64,000 nucleotides of DNA from Phoronis australis (taxonomy: Eukaryota; Animalia; Phoronida). The translations under genes were made by a program, and so were the position numbers. The stretch spans positions 1 to 64,000 of the forward strand of contig NMRA01000554.1 in the NCBI GenBank assembly GCA_002633005.1, read 5' to 3'. The notes beneath the pieces were generated by a model. The model searched no databases and was not told the DNA's origin. It worked only from the letters and a program-made list of their open reading frames with translations. Positions 1 to 12,004 of this stretch are shown one piece after another; position 1 is the first letter of the stretch; each line of letters starts with the position of its first letter.

Positions 1-2600
1 TAGTATGAAATCAGGGTATTCCTAGGTCTGAATCTTAACTAGAGCAAAAGCACGTAAATCCAAAGATGCAAACAAGTCCAAAAGCCTATGAGTTAGAAAC
101 CAAAAAGTTTACACTCACACGATACGCGGTTCTGACCTCGACCAAAATGTTCGCATTTTATATGCAGCGCGCCTATTTAATTTGAAACTAAATCATCAAA
201 TAGACTGCTTCTCAAAAAGGATGAAAACAAAATTGGGCAATGTTTACTGACCAGCTGCATTTATTTACAAATTTGGGCTTACAGTCACTAAAACTTTGCT
301 GCTCTGCTGTTGGTGACTTTGTTTCACAACTTTTATGAATCATAGATTTTCGCACTAGTTTCGAACTAACAAATTCTTCTCTCTGTCTAATTTCTGAACT
401 TTCAAACTTCAAGGTCATTTTGTAACATTTTCATTTGTCGCATAATTCTCCTTCAGATTTGTGAACCTTTGGAGTATCAAGTATCTTATTTATACTAAAC
501 CAGGATGACTCGCAAGCAACGTTAGATTATCTTCTTAACTTTAATCTTCCCTTGTTAATTTTTGTCATTCATCCTTCTTCTTCCGTTTTGGTTTTCCATG
601 AGACACCGTGTAGTATCGTTGCGTGGTTATGGCGAAAAATGTGCATTAATAAATTCACAAACAATCAAGTAATCAACTATTGTTTACATTTGCCACTCAG
701 GCATTGATTGAAAGTATGTATCCCTGCCACGGATGTAATCGATCACTCGATCAACTGCTCAGTTACATTTGTTGAGGCATCTGCAAAGGAATTCAAAAAA
801 GATCATTCAACTCGCATTTTTTAAAAGACCTTGACCATCATTTTATTCATTCATGCTGTTTTAGTACATTAGTGCTTCAATTAGTATGTTAGTGCATTTT
901 TTATTCAGGATTAGCAAGAGCATTAGCGTCAACGTAAGCTCAGCAAGACAATTAACAAACATGCAATTCAATTCAATGCTAATAGATATAAATGATGGAG
1001 AGATCTATCCATTTGAAGTGCATATGGAACATCACGACCCAAAGACGAAAACTTTGATACAAACGACATTAAAACTATAATACAGCCAACACAAATTTTT
1101 ACAATTTGCTGGACACCACACGGTTGTCACAGGCGTAGAACTCTAACTGCAAGTGTCAGCCAGTACACCAAATAATTTTCAACAACCCGAGTTACACACC
1201 TCTATTGTCCTTCGTGTATAGGGTTAGACAGCATCTCATCGCACACTCCCTCACAGACGATCCAATTTCCGGGATTTGCTTACCTTTCGGAATCTGGTGA
1301 TATTTTGTGCTGGTGCAGCAGCGATATATTTAGTTCTCTTATAGTGGTGGCATAGTCAGGGTCCTGCTTGTTAAGATCTTGTATTACCCTAGAAAAGGCG
1401 ATCACTGAAACCATTGCTCAGTTCCACCTGGTGTGGCATCTGCAGAAGAATTAAAATAACATCATTAAGCATGCATTTTCTGACCTTAAACGTCATTTGG
1501 ATTCATTCGTGCTGGGTTTTTTTTTTGGTATATTATTGGTTGCCTTAGCATGTTAGTACAATTGTCAGTCGGCGTCAACGTGAATGCATCAGCAAGACAA
1601 GAAACAAACTTGCAACTCCAGCCAGTGGTAATGGATTTGAAGGATTGAGAGATCTATCCACTTAAAATTCAGGTGGAACATCACAACCCAAACGCTAAAA
1701 CTTGAGTACAACCCACACTCCAACTAACATACAGCCATGCAACACTTAAAATCTTTTACATGCGCTAACTGCGAAGCGATACCGAAGCTAGTTTACAGTG
1801 AAACAACACGTGTAGATGAGATAAAAGGTCATATATATTATGACAAACTAAAATACTACAGATATCGGTAATTACAAAAGTTACATAATATGTTGAACTG
1901 TAAAGGTGGGTGACAATCTGCCACAGATGCAGCAGAAAGATGCATCCGCCCATTACAACAACCTTGACACCATACAGTCGTCACAGGTCTAGCCTAACTG
2001 CAACTACAAGTGTCAGTCATATCAAAATGTGATCAATAACAAAAGCTACCCACCTCCATTTTCCTTCGCGTATCGGGTAAGACACCATCTCATCACACAT
2101 GCCAAAATGTAAGAGTCAAATTTCCTGGATTTTTTTACCTTAGCGACTCTGGTGTCGTTTTGTGTTGGTGGTTCAGCGACATATTTGGTTTGATGCCAGT
2201 GGTAGCGTAGTCAGCGTCCTGCATTTTCAAATTTGGATTTACAGCCACCAAAACTTTGCTACATAGATCTGCGCACTAGTTTCGAAGTAACTAGCTATTC
2301 TCTCTTCTGTTTTCTGAACCTTCAGACTTAAAGACCTTTTTTAAAACATTTTCATTTGTCACATAATTTGTCTTCAGACTCGTGAGCCTTCGGGGTATCG
2401 AGCTCTATCCTATTTATAGTAATGCACTATGACTTGCAAGCAATATTAGATTACCTTCTTGATTTTAGTCTTCCGTTGTTACCTTTGTCTTCCATCTTTC
2501 TTCTTCAGTTTTTGTTATCCATGGGTCACAGTGTATTGTTATTGGGTGGTTATAACGAGTAAACAGACAAAAACGTGCATTTTACAAACTATCGAGAAAT
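1..2600 (-). pseudogene. Decayed tandem paralogous blocks of an unknown spliced gene (pseudo-exons)
   Basis: 350-700 resembles 2270-2600, 830-1380 resembles 1480-2230, and 1-1250 resembles 13310-14310. Minus-strand exon-like pieces: ATG GAA AAC CAA AAC GGA...AGA AG|ataatc (~600-530, donor mutated), ATG GAT AAC AAA AAC TGA...AG|gtaatc (~2522-2455, stop), and exon ends ...GAA AG|gtaagc (~1284) and ...CTA AG|gtaaaa (~2139). No intact frame. Confidence 0.4.
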
Positions 2601-2794
2601 CAAATATTGTTTTAAATTTGACAAAAACAGGCTTTTCTGGAGACATTGATATAGTTTTTCACGATTACTATAATAGACTATTCGAATACAAGCTTCGAAA
2701 AATGGAATCATTAATTGTGCTGTTAGCCAAGGAAACTCAGGTCCTCCGGTTTTATTTTGGATGAAATACCCCACCTCTAGTTATTAAATGGTAT

Positions 2795-2860
2795 TATCCG
2801 CGAAAGAATCTGCAAACCTCACGGTCGCAGGAAAACGCTCTACCGAAGGTGCTACACCCC
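2795..2860 (-). repeat. Degenerate tRNA-like head, possible SINE remnant
   Basis: Minus strand reads GGGGTGTAGCACCTTCGGTAGAGCG..., resembling a tRNA 5' arm and A box. No proper T arm or acceptor stem. Confidence 0.25.
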
Positions 2861-3853
2861 ACGTGACACACGTTATAGTATTTTAAGCTTACTTAACACG
2901 TAAAGTCCCCGGTATTTATTTCGGTGAATGTTAATCACGCAACGGCGAAAACTGGCGATATGTAATAAAATCACAAAAACAAAACGGATTTTCTTGTTTA
3001 TTAGCTCTGATTACAGTTGATAACTTCAAATGTCAATCCCATTCAATATCAATTCCCAACGTGTGTTTTCGGTCGTGAAAATGATAGTCATGTACACAGA
3101 AAACACCAAGATAACAAATCGCAAACAACGTAGGTATCTGGTATAGAGAAATGCGCCAGAAATAATCAGTGTACCCCCACTCTGTCCACATTGTGACTTC
3201 ACACTCTCCCCAGAGTCTTGTTTGACATCACCGCTACCGTAGAAAAGACAAGAAATTTGTGGAAACGGAACATCTCCCAATTACACAAATACCATAATTC
3301 TGCACAGAGTTTCTGCCAGACTTGTTCAACCGTTTAACAAATGGCGAAGTCGCTGCAACAAAATACACAAATAAAGATCAAAGGAAATCAACCCTGGAGA
3401 AGGAGTACGAGATACATGACATGAATTTAAAACTTACAGTGCCATTTAAAATGCGAAGCGTAAATTGAAATAAATTGAGAGAAATGTGGCAACAAAAGCA
3501 AAGTGATGTAGTTGCAAAAGAGGAAACGTACATGTATATGAGATACTAGCTGATTTGTGTTGTTGCGGTTACATTTAGATTGTATAGCGGCACAATTCAT
3601 CGGTCAACAAATAAAATGAATGGTTTTTATTCACCAAAATTTCAAATAACTAATTAACATCATTTAATCACTCTCCCATTTAATCCACATAGTTGCGATC
3701 AAACCTGACTCACATCATTTTTCGTACAGGAGGAGCTAAACTGACATCTCTCATTTATATCAAACGACAAGAGCATGCGCCCGCGACAGCACCGCAAACA
3801 CAGTGATTCCAAAAGTGTTTTTAGTGTCATAAAATGGCCATTAGATGGTGCAG

Positions 3854-4649
3854 TAGGGGAATATAGTCTGACAGTATTATTAGTTGTGTTGTTTTGTTTT
3901 GTTTTGTTATTCAGTTTGATTGGCATGACCCCTGAGTTAAGTACAATGATGTTGTAATTTGTTTACTACAGAATAGTATGGAACTTTTTAGAAGACTGAG
4001 GTCAGAACAGTGATGATGTAATTTGTTTACTGCAGTATAGTGTGGAACTTTCTAAAAGACTCTAGCATGACAGTGATTGACGCAGTCTGGAATATTCTAG
4101 AGACTAGTATATGTTTGTAGAATGATTGGGTAGATTCAGGAAAGTTCTGGTATGTGCTTGAATTGATGAAAAGTTCTAGAACAATGCATTAGGCTATGAA
4201 TACACAAGCACGGGTTTGTGTTAGTCACTTCAGTCCAAGAAGATTAAGTCAGTTGAGTCCAAGAAGATCAAGTCGGGAGATCAAGTGAGATCAAGACAGT
4301 TCAAGAAAGTTTATAAGGAGAACTACAGTTTGAGTTGCAGTGAAGAGAATCAGCAGTTACAGCGATAGTCAATAGAGAGCCAGCTACAGAGACAGCAGGT
4401 TATTGAATCGAGTGTAACAGTTGCTGGAAGTATATCTCATAAGTTCATCACAAGTCAAGGCTTCGCAGCACTGGCTGGAGCATAAACAGACATTGCGTCG
4501 GACGTTTTGTTTGAGTAGGCTTGTGAACGTACGGTCGGGATTAATAAAGGATTAACTCGAACCAATCTTCAGTCAATCTTCGCACCGAAAGCTATTAGCA
4601 CCGGTCTGCAACAACCTGCGCCCACCCACACACGGGGAAAAACGTGACA
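3854..4649 (+). repeat. 5' LTR
   Basis: Direct repeat of 5501-6270. Ends GTGACA immediately before the PBS; begins TAGGG where the 3' LTR begins TGTCA. Confidence 0.9.
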
Positions 4650-4651
4650 AT

Positions 4652-4669
4652 TGGCGAGCACGCCAGGAG
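4652..4669 (+). promoter_or_regulatory. Primer-binding site (probably tRNA-Arg)
   Basis: TGGCGAGCACGCCAGGAG lies 2 nt after the LTR. It is complementary to a tRNA 3' end ...CTCCTGGCGTGCTCG-CCA, similar to metazoan tRNA-Arg(ACG) ends. Confidence 0.75.
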
Positions 4670-4724
4670 ATTACTGACGGTAACAAGGTGTGATAAAGTG
4701 GACTGTTGGAATTAGCAACTCACT

Positions 4725-5327
4725 ATGGAGACAAGATCTCAACTAAGGGAGTTAATGGCCCTCAGACAAGAAATGGGTCTGCAGGGGAAGCAACTCCAAA
4801 AGTCAGCAGCAGTCAGCCACCTAGGTTCTCAGAGTAAGGATTCGGTGAAGCATGCTAACCCTGAACGCGCCTTCAAAGGAAAGCTGTGTCTGTGGGAGGG
4901 GTATATTGGCATGAAGGAGGTCTCAGTGTTGAGAGACACAGGCTGCACGACAATTGTGGTTCGATCCAGTCTGGTCGAACCAGGAGATATGACCTGCCGG
5001 AAGTGGTCATGCAAGTTGGCGGACTCTACGAAGAGATGGCTGCCTGTCACCAGGATCAACATCAAGACACCGTACTACACAGGAGAAGTGTTTGCGATGT
5101 GTATGGAGCGTCCAGTGACCGATTTGGTTATCGGGGACGTGCCTGGCGCCTTGGACCCAGGCGATGTTGAGCGACAGCAGAGAGCAATAACTGCCAACGA
5201 GGACAATATAGGCAATGGCCTTGTGGAGGGTCCGAAAGATGACTCTCAAAAAGGTACGACTTCCCAAGAGAAGAACCCAGTGACCTCAACTCTAGACGGA
5301 GAAGAGGTGGCCGACAAGTCGGTATGA
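4725..5327 (+). CDS. Retrotransposon gag N-terminal stub fused to a retropepsin-type aspartic protease (200 aa)
   Basis: VLRDTGCTTIVV catalytic motif, later KLADST...LPVTRINIKTPYYTG and DLVIGD, typical of Gypsy proteases. The ORF is intact; no RT or integrase follows. Confidence 0.85.
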   Translation: METRSQLRELMALRQEMGLQGKQLQKSAAVSHLGSQSKDSVKHANPERAFKGKLCLWEGYIGMKEVSVLRDTGCTTIVVRSSLVEPGDMTCRKWSCKLADSTKRWLPVTRINIKTPYYTGEVFAMCMERPVTDLVIGDVPGALDPGDVERQQRAITANEDNIGNGLVEGPKDDSQKGTTSQEKNPVTSTLDGEEVADKSV

Positions 5328-5500
5328 ACAGATCCTGATGAATCCAGCAGGGAAACGGTAGCAGTGACTACCAGGGCTCAAGCAGAGACTGTAAGTCAGG
5401 GAGCACTTTAGCGGCGGATACAGCAGTAGATTATATGTATATGCCAGATGATTTTGTGTTAGAAAATTATAGAGTAATTTTCTCTTTGGCAGGGGTGTGT

Positions 5501-6270
5501 TGTCAGAATATAGTCTGACAGTATTATTAGTTGTGTTGTTTTGTTTTGTTTTGTTTTGTTATTCAGTTTGATTGGCATGACCCCTGAGTTAAGTACAATG
5601 GTGATGTAATTTGTTTACTACAGAATAGTATGGAACTTTCTAGAAGACTGAGGTCAGAACAGTGATGATGTAATTTGTTTACTGCAGTATAGTGTGGAAC
5701 TTTCTAGAAGACTCTAGCATGACAGTGATTGATGCAGTCTGGAATATTCTAGAGACTAGTATATGTTTGTAGAATGATTGGGTAGATTCAGGAAAGTTCT
5801 GGTATGTGCTTGAATTGATGAAAAGTTCTAGAACAATGCATTAGGCTATAAATACACAAGCACGGGTTTGTGTTAGTTAGATCTCGTCAGTTCAAGAGAA
5901 GATCAAGTCAGTTAATCGGTGAGTTCAAGAAAGTTTATCAGGAGAACTACAGTTGAGTTGCAGTGAAGAGAATCAGCGGTTACAGCGATAGTCAATAGAG
6001 AGCCAGCTATAGAGACAGCAGGCTATTGAATCGAGTGTAACAGTTGCTGGAAGTATCTCAGAAGTTCATCACAAGTCAAGGCTTCGCAGCACTGGCTGGA
6101 GCATAAACAGACATTACGTCGGACGTTTTGTTTGAGTAGGCTTGTGAACGTACGGTCGGGATTAATAGAGGATTAACTCGAACCAATCTTTAGTCTATCG
6201 TCGCACCGAAAGCTATTAGCACCGGTCTGTAACAACCTGCGCCCACCCACACACGGGGAAAAACGTGACA
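5501..6270 (+). repeat. 3' LTR
   Basis: TGTCA...TGACA termini, TATA-like TATAAATA at ~5847, preceded by GGCAGGGGTGTGT. Confidence 0.92.
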
Positions 6271-6693
6271 TGCAGAATGCGTCAAACACACTGGAATTGA
6301 GAAGGTGGCTTCGTCTGTTTAATACAAAACTGTCAATTTCCATAGATATGGGGCAGTCGTAAAAAACAACTGACACTAGGGGCAACAGCTGTAGTTCGAT
6401 TGGTCTGAAACTCATCGTCATCTGTTGCCTTCAAGTTCTTTATAGGAATCCTTCTGATAAAATTGTCCAAGATCCTTCAAAGAGTAACAGATATACAGAG
6501 AGGACGCAAAAAGCAAAACTGCATACAGAGGGCACCAGAATAGTCGAAACCATCCGAAAATCAACGTCAGGCGGGGTTTTCGCATGAGTAACACAACCGT
6601 CCGCTTGCTTAATGTTCCTTTGAGTGGTTTGGCAGATAGCGAGAGGCAAACATCAAAAACCTAGGCAAAAAATTTTAAATGGCCTACAGGTGG

Positions 6694-7902
6694 CAATGCG
6701 GAGCGTTGAAATGCACCCACGAATGCATCGCAAATGGTGTGCTTTTAGGTTTATTTATTTGTATCATAAAAATGACCACTAGATGGCGCAAACCTGTACA
6801 ATCCATCCAAAAAAGGAACATGCCATATTTCATAAAAACCTGAAACAAAAGAAAACAACAAAATGAAATTGCCACTTGTGGGCACAGCATCCGCCTGAAA
6901 GTCCTCGTCTGTTATCTTCATGTAAATTCACTTATTAAATTTAATAAAAATCCTGCAGTGGGTTTTGAAGCTGCAGCTATGTGCGCTAAACAAAACAAAA
7001 CTACCACTAGGAGGCACCACAGTAGTCAGTCGCAATCATCAAATGTCCTCTTCACACTGAAAACACTTACGCCAATTTTCAAAACCATCCCTAGAATGCT
7101 TTGGTTGATCGAGGGGTGGACGCCAAAAACAAGATTTGAAAACAGCACAAAATGGTCAGCAGGTGGCGCAGTATACCACGATTCCATCCAAAAACAGTAT
7201 GATAGCGTCATCTCACCAATACATGCCTATATTCGAAATTTTATGAAAATCTGTTGAGGACCTTTGAAGATACAGACTGGTAAACCTAAAAAACTAAAAT
7301 TGCCACTAGGGGGCACGCCAGTAGTCAGATCGGTCCGAAAGTAGTCGTCGTCCATTATCAACATCATATAAATACACTTGCTAAATTAAGTAAAGATCGT
7401 GCAAACGGTTTATTAGATACAGCCATGAACAAAACTGCCATTAGGAGGCGCCACAGTAGTCGAACTCGGAAAATCGTCTTCAGCCGTCCACTTCATAGTA
7501 AAATCATACATGGCAATTTTTACAATCATCCTTTGAGCGGTTAGATTAATAAAGGGTTGGACACAAAAAACTGACGCAAAAACAGTAAAAATGGCCACTA
7601 GGTGGTGCAAACTACGTCAAATCCATCTGAAAACGGGAGGATAGCGTTATCTCACTAATAGGTGCCTATATACCAAATTTTATAAAAATCCGTTTAGAAC
7701 ATTTGAAGATACAAAGGTAAACGTAAAAACCTAAAATTACCACTAGGGGGCACACCCGTATTCGAATCCGTCCGAAGGCTCGCTCATGCCGTCTCATCCA
7801 CATACGTCAAGGCGTTTTGGAGATAGAGCAGCGGACGCCGGACGAACGGACGGACGGAGATTACAGCATAATGCGTCCACATATAAATTTGTGGGTGCAT
7901 AG
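6694..7902 (-). mobile_element. DINE-1/HINE-type non-autonomous Helentron with internal ~150-bp repeats
   Basis: subTIR ATGCACCCAC/GTGGGTGCAT, terminal hairpin ATGCGTCCACATATAAATTTGTGGGTGCAT, (GGAC)n microsatellite and internal tandem units. Confidence 0.8.
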
Positions 7903-8042
7903 TAAAATTGGCCATAAGATGAAACTTCTCACATCATTCGGAAGATGAACTGACATCGTGGCCTCCTTATTTAAAACCTATTAGCCGAATTTCATAAAAA
8001 TCCGTAAAGGAACTCCGAAGACACAGGGGCAAACGTAAACAA

Positions 8043-8250
8043 TGGCAACACGGAGAGTTGAAATGCGCCCATGAATGCACCGCAAACGGTGTGCCTCCGA
8101 GGGAATTTATTTGTATGATTTAAATTGGCACTAGATGGCGCAAATAAGTTTGATCCATCCGAAAACTGGTATATGCCATCAAAACTATTTACCAAATTTC
8201 ATAAAAATCCGTCAAGAACTTCTGAGAAACAGAGAGAAACAGAGAAAAAC
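8043..8250 (-). mobile_element. Truncated HINE end fragment
   Basis: CAACACGGAGAGTTGAAATGCGCCCATGAATGC...GGCACTAGATGGCGCA matches the family end. Confidence 0.6.
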
Positions 8251-8490
8251 AGAAACGAAACTAAGTTTGACCTTGATGTGCGTGAACTAGGAATCCTGCT
8301 TAGTTTAATTGGGCTACCTGGAGAACTTTTTTGTTCCGTGTAAAGATTTTTTGTAATTATTGGCCTCATGATTACCCATTTTCTCCTTTACCTTAATTTG
8401 TGCCAAAGAATCGGAGGAATATGGGAATGGTTAAATGAATTATTGTTTGGTGAATAAGATCGCTAATAGTTGAAAGAAGATTTGATTTGA

Positions 8491-9666
8491 TGCAGAGCGT
8501 TGAAATGCGCCCACGAATGCATCGCAAATGGTGTGCTTTTAGGGTTATTTATTTGTATCATAAAAATGGCCACTAGATGGCGCAAAAACGGGAACGTGCC
8601 ATATTTCATAAAAATCTGTCAAGGATCTTCAGAGAAAGAAAGGAAAACAGAATAAAATGAAACTGCCACTAAGAGGCTATAAGCGCCAAAAACATAACTG
8701 CCACTAAGAGGCGCCAAAGTACATAAAGTCGTCGGAAAACCATCGTCAGATTTCCTCTTTACAGAAGGAACATAAATGCCAATTTCCACAACCATCCTTA
8801 GAGTGGTTTGGTTGACAGAGGGACAGACGCCAAATAACAAGACTCGAAAACAGTAAATGGTCACAAGGTGGCACAAAATGCCTTGAATTTTATCGAAAAC
8901 TGGATGATAGCGTCACCTCACTAATAGATGCCTAACTGCCAAATTTTATGAAAATTCATTGACGACCTTTTAAGCTACAGGAGTAAAAGTAAAAGAAATA
9001 AAATTGCCACTAGGTGGCACACCAGAAGTCAGATCTGTCCGAAAGTCGTCCTCTGTTGTTAGCAACATAAAATACACTTACTTTAGTAAAGATCCTGCAA
9101 ATGGTTTAGGACATGCAGTCATAGGCGCAAAAAAAAGAAAGTGTCACTAGGAGGCGCCACAGTGTTCGAAGTTGTCACAAAATCATCGTCAGCCGTCCAC
9201 TTTAAAGTAAGAACATACATGCCAATTTTCACAATCATCCTTTGAGCGGTTTGGTTGATACATTGTGGACGCAAAAAAGAGACTCGAAGTAAAAATGACC
9301 ACTAGGTGTCGCAAACTACGTCGAATCCATCCGAAAACAAGAGGATAGCGTCATGTCAATAATAGGGCCTACATACGAATTTTTTGGGGAATTCGTTGAG
9401 GACTTTTGGAGATAAAGAGGTAAACGCAAAAAATTAAAATTGCCACTAGGGGGCATACCGATAGTCGTATCCGTCCGAAAGTTCGCTCATGCCGGACGTC
9501 CCATCTACGAAAGGAACACGTGCAAAATTTCATGAACATACGTCAAGGCGTTTTAAAGATATAGCACCGGACGCCGGACGCCGGACACCGGACGCCGGAC
9601 GGACGGACTTACGGACGGACGGACAGAGGTGACGGCATAATGCGTCCACATTGTGTGGGCTCATAA
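8491..9666 (-). mobile_element. DINE-1/HINE-type non-autonomous Helentron
   Basis: Same termini, (CCGGACG)n/(GGAC)n tract at 9567-9625, internal repeats. Confidence 0.8.
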
Positions 9667-9728
9667 TAAAGCAATTAAGACTAAATGAAATTGACCTCCC
9701 TCTATAACACAGCTGAACGGCACTGTAC

Positions 9729-10150
9729 CTTTCGACTCTGGTGTCATTCGTGTTAGAGTTCCTGCGGCACCTTTAGTCCACTCCCACTGCTCGCAGACAC
9801 AGGTCCGCATGTTGATGGCATAACAGTCAGCCAAGACCAGTGATTCCCGAGGAATGGCTACGAACCCAAAAACATCTAAATCAACTTAAAATGAAATCAA
9901 GCCCTAGAAGCAATAAAACGTATCGAAAACTAGGTGTATTTTATATTGCAAAATATAACTTACATCAAGTAAAGCGACGTCGCTGCATATAACTGGACTA
10001 CTGAAAGGGGGAAAGAAAGGCTAGGAAGTGGATTCAAATGCTTTTTATAAGAGAGGTTTACAGCACCATGTACCTCTTGGCTCTGGCGTCATTCGAGTTA
10101 GTGGTTCTGTGGCACCTTTTGTCTACTCTGAGTGCTGGCGACGCCGGCGT
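9729..10150 (-). pseudogene. Two decayed copies of the pseudo-exon seen at ~1284 and ~2139
   Basis: ...ACACCAGAGTCGAAAG|gtacag (~9729) and ...ACGCCAGAGCCAAGAG|gtacat (~10074) align with the exon ends in 1-2600. Both contain stops or frameshifts. Confidence 0.35.
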
Positions 10151-10225
10151 CCAGCGTGTAAATAGCATACAAGTAGTTGGAAGTCTACTGGTTTGATGAC
10201 TGGTGAAATCGCTTGTATGCAAGAG

Positions 10226-11977
10226 CAACGCAGAGCGTTGATATGCGCCCACGAATGCAACGCAAATGGTGTGCTTAACGGTCGCTTATTTGTATCATAT
10301 AAATGGCCACTAGACGAAGCAAAAACGTCTAATCCATTCGAAAACCGGATCATGTCATTTTTTAATAGAAAGCTATTCACCAAATTCCATAAAAATCTGT
10401 CAAGGAACTTCAGAGAAACAAATGAAAACGGAATAAAATGAAATTGCCACTAGAGGGCACAGCGTTTGTTGGATCCACCTGAAAGTCGTTGTTATTTGTT
10501 GTTAGCTTCATATAAATACACCTACTAAATTTAATAAAGATTCTGTTGTGACTTTAGGAGATACAGCTATAGGCGTAAAACAAAACATAACAAAACAAAA
10601 GTACCACTACGAGACACCACAGTAGTCAAAGTAGTCATCTTCAACTGACCTCTTAACACTAAGAACATATACGCCAATTTTCAAAACCATCCTTAGAATG
10701 GTTTGGTTGATGGAGGAGTGGATGCTAAAATACAAACTCGAAAACAGCATAAATGACCACTAGGTGGCGAAAAACACCTTGATTCTATCTGAAAACAGGA
10801 GGATAGCGTCATCTCACCAATAGATGACTATAGTCAAAATTTTTTGAAAATCCGTTGAAGATCTTTGAAGATACGTAAAAACCTAAATTGCCACTAGGTA
10901 GCACACCAGTTTTCAGATCTGTCCCAAAGTTGTCGTCGTCCATTGTCAATATCATATAAATGCACTTACTAAATTTAGTAAAGATGTTGCAAACGGTTTA
11001 GGAGATATAGCCACTGGCGCAAAAAAAACAGAATTGCCACTAGGAGGCGCCACAGTAGTCGAAGTCGTTGAAAAATCATCGTCAACAGTCCTCTTCATAG
11101 TAAGAACATACATTCCAATTTTCACAATCATCCTTAGAGTGGTTTGGTTGATAAAGGGGTGGACGCCAAAAAACGCACTCGAAAACAGTAGAAATGGCCA
11201 CTAGGTGACGCAAACTACGTCGAATCCATCTGAAAACGGGAGGATAGCGTCATCTTACTAATAGATGCCTATATATTCCAAATTTTATGAAAATATGTGG
11301 AGGACCTTTGAAATAAGAAGGAAATGTAAAAAAATAAAATTGTCACTAGGAAGCACACCAGTAGTCAACTCTGTCCAAAAGTTGTCGTCGTCTATTGTCA
11401 ACATTATGTCAATTCACTTGTTAAATTTAGCAAAGATCCTGCAAACGGTTTAGGAGATACAGCCCTAGGCGCAAAATGAACAAAACTACCACTAGGAAGC
11501 GCCACAGTAGTCGGAAGTCGTCGGAAAATGATCGTCAGCCGTCCTCTTCATAGTAAGAACACACACGCCAATTTTCATCCTCAAAGCAGTTTGGTTGATG
11601 GAGGGCTGGACGCCAAAAAACCTACCCGAGAACCGTAAAAATGGCCACCAGGTGACGCAAACTACGTCGAATCCATCCGAAAACGGGAGGAAAGCGTCGT
11701 CTTACTAATACGTGCCTATATACCAAATTTTATGAAATCATGTTGAGGACTTTTGAATATACAGAAGTAAACGTAAAAAAATAAAATTGCCACTAGGGGG
11801 CACACCGGTGGTCGAATCCGCCCGAAAGTTCGCTCATGCCGTCAAATTCATGAAAACAACACATGTGCCAAATTTCATGAACATACGTCAAGCGGTTTTG
11901 AAGATAGAGCAGCGGACGCCGGACGCCGGACGGACGGACGGCATAATGCGTCCACATATAAATATGTGGGCGCATAA
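10226..11977 (-). mobile_element. Full-length DINE-1/HINE-type Helentron (about 3.5 x 445-bp higher-order repeat)
   Basis: Hairpin CAACGCAGAGCGTTG plus subTIR ATGCGCCCAC at left; (GGAC)n plus hairpin ATGCGTCCACATATAAATATGTGGGCGCAT at right; 11 CCACTAG-type motifs. Confidence 0.85.
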
Positions 11978-12004
11978 TAATCAGTAACAAATATAGAATT
12001 AATN

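Larger units (their letters stand above)
3854..6270 (+). mobile_element. Non-autonomous Gypsy-like LTR retrotransposon (protease-only internal region)
   Basis: Two direct LTRs (3854-4649, 5501-6270), 5-bp TSD TGCAG (3849-3853 and 6271-6275), PBS at 4652, purine-rich tract before the 3' LTR, and an 851-bp internal region with an aspartic protease ORF. Confidence 0.92.
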
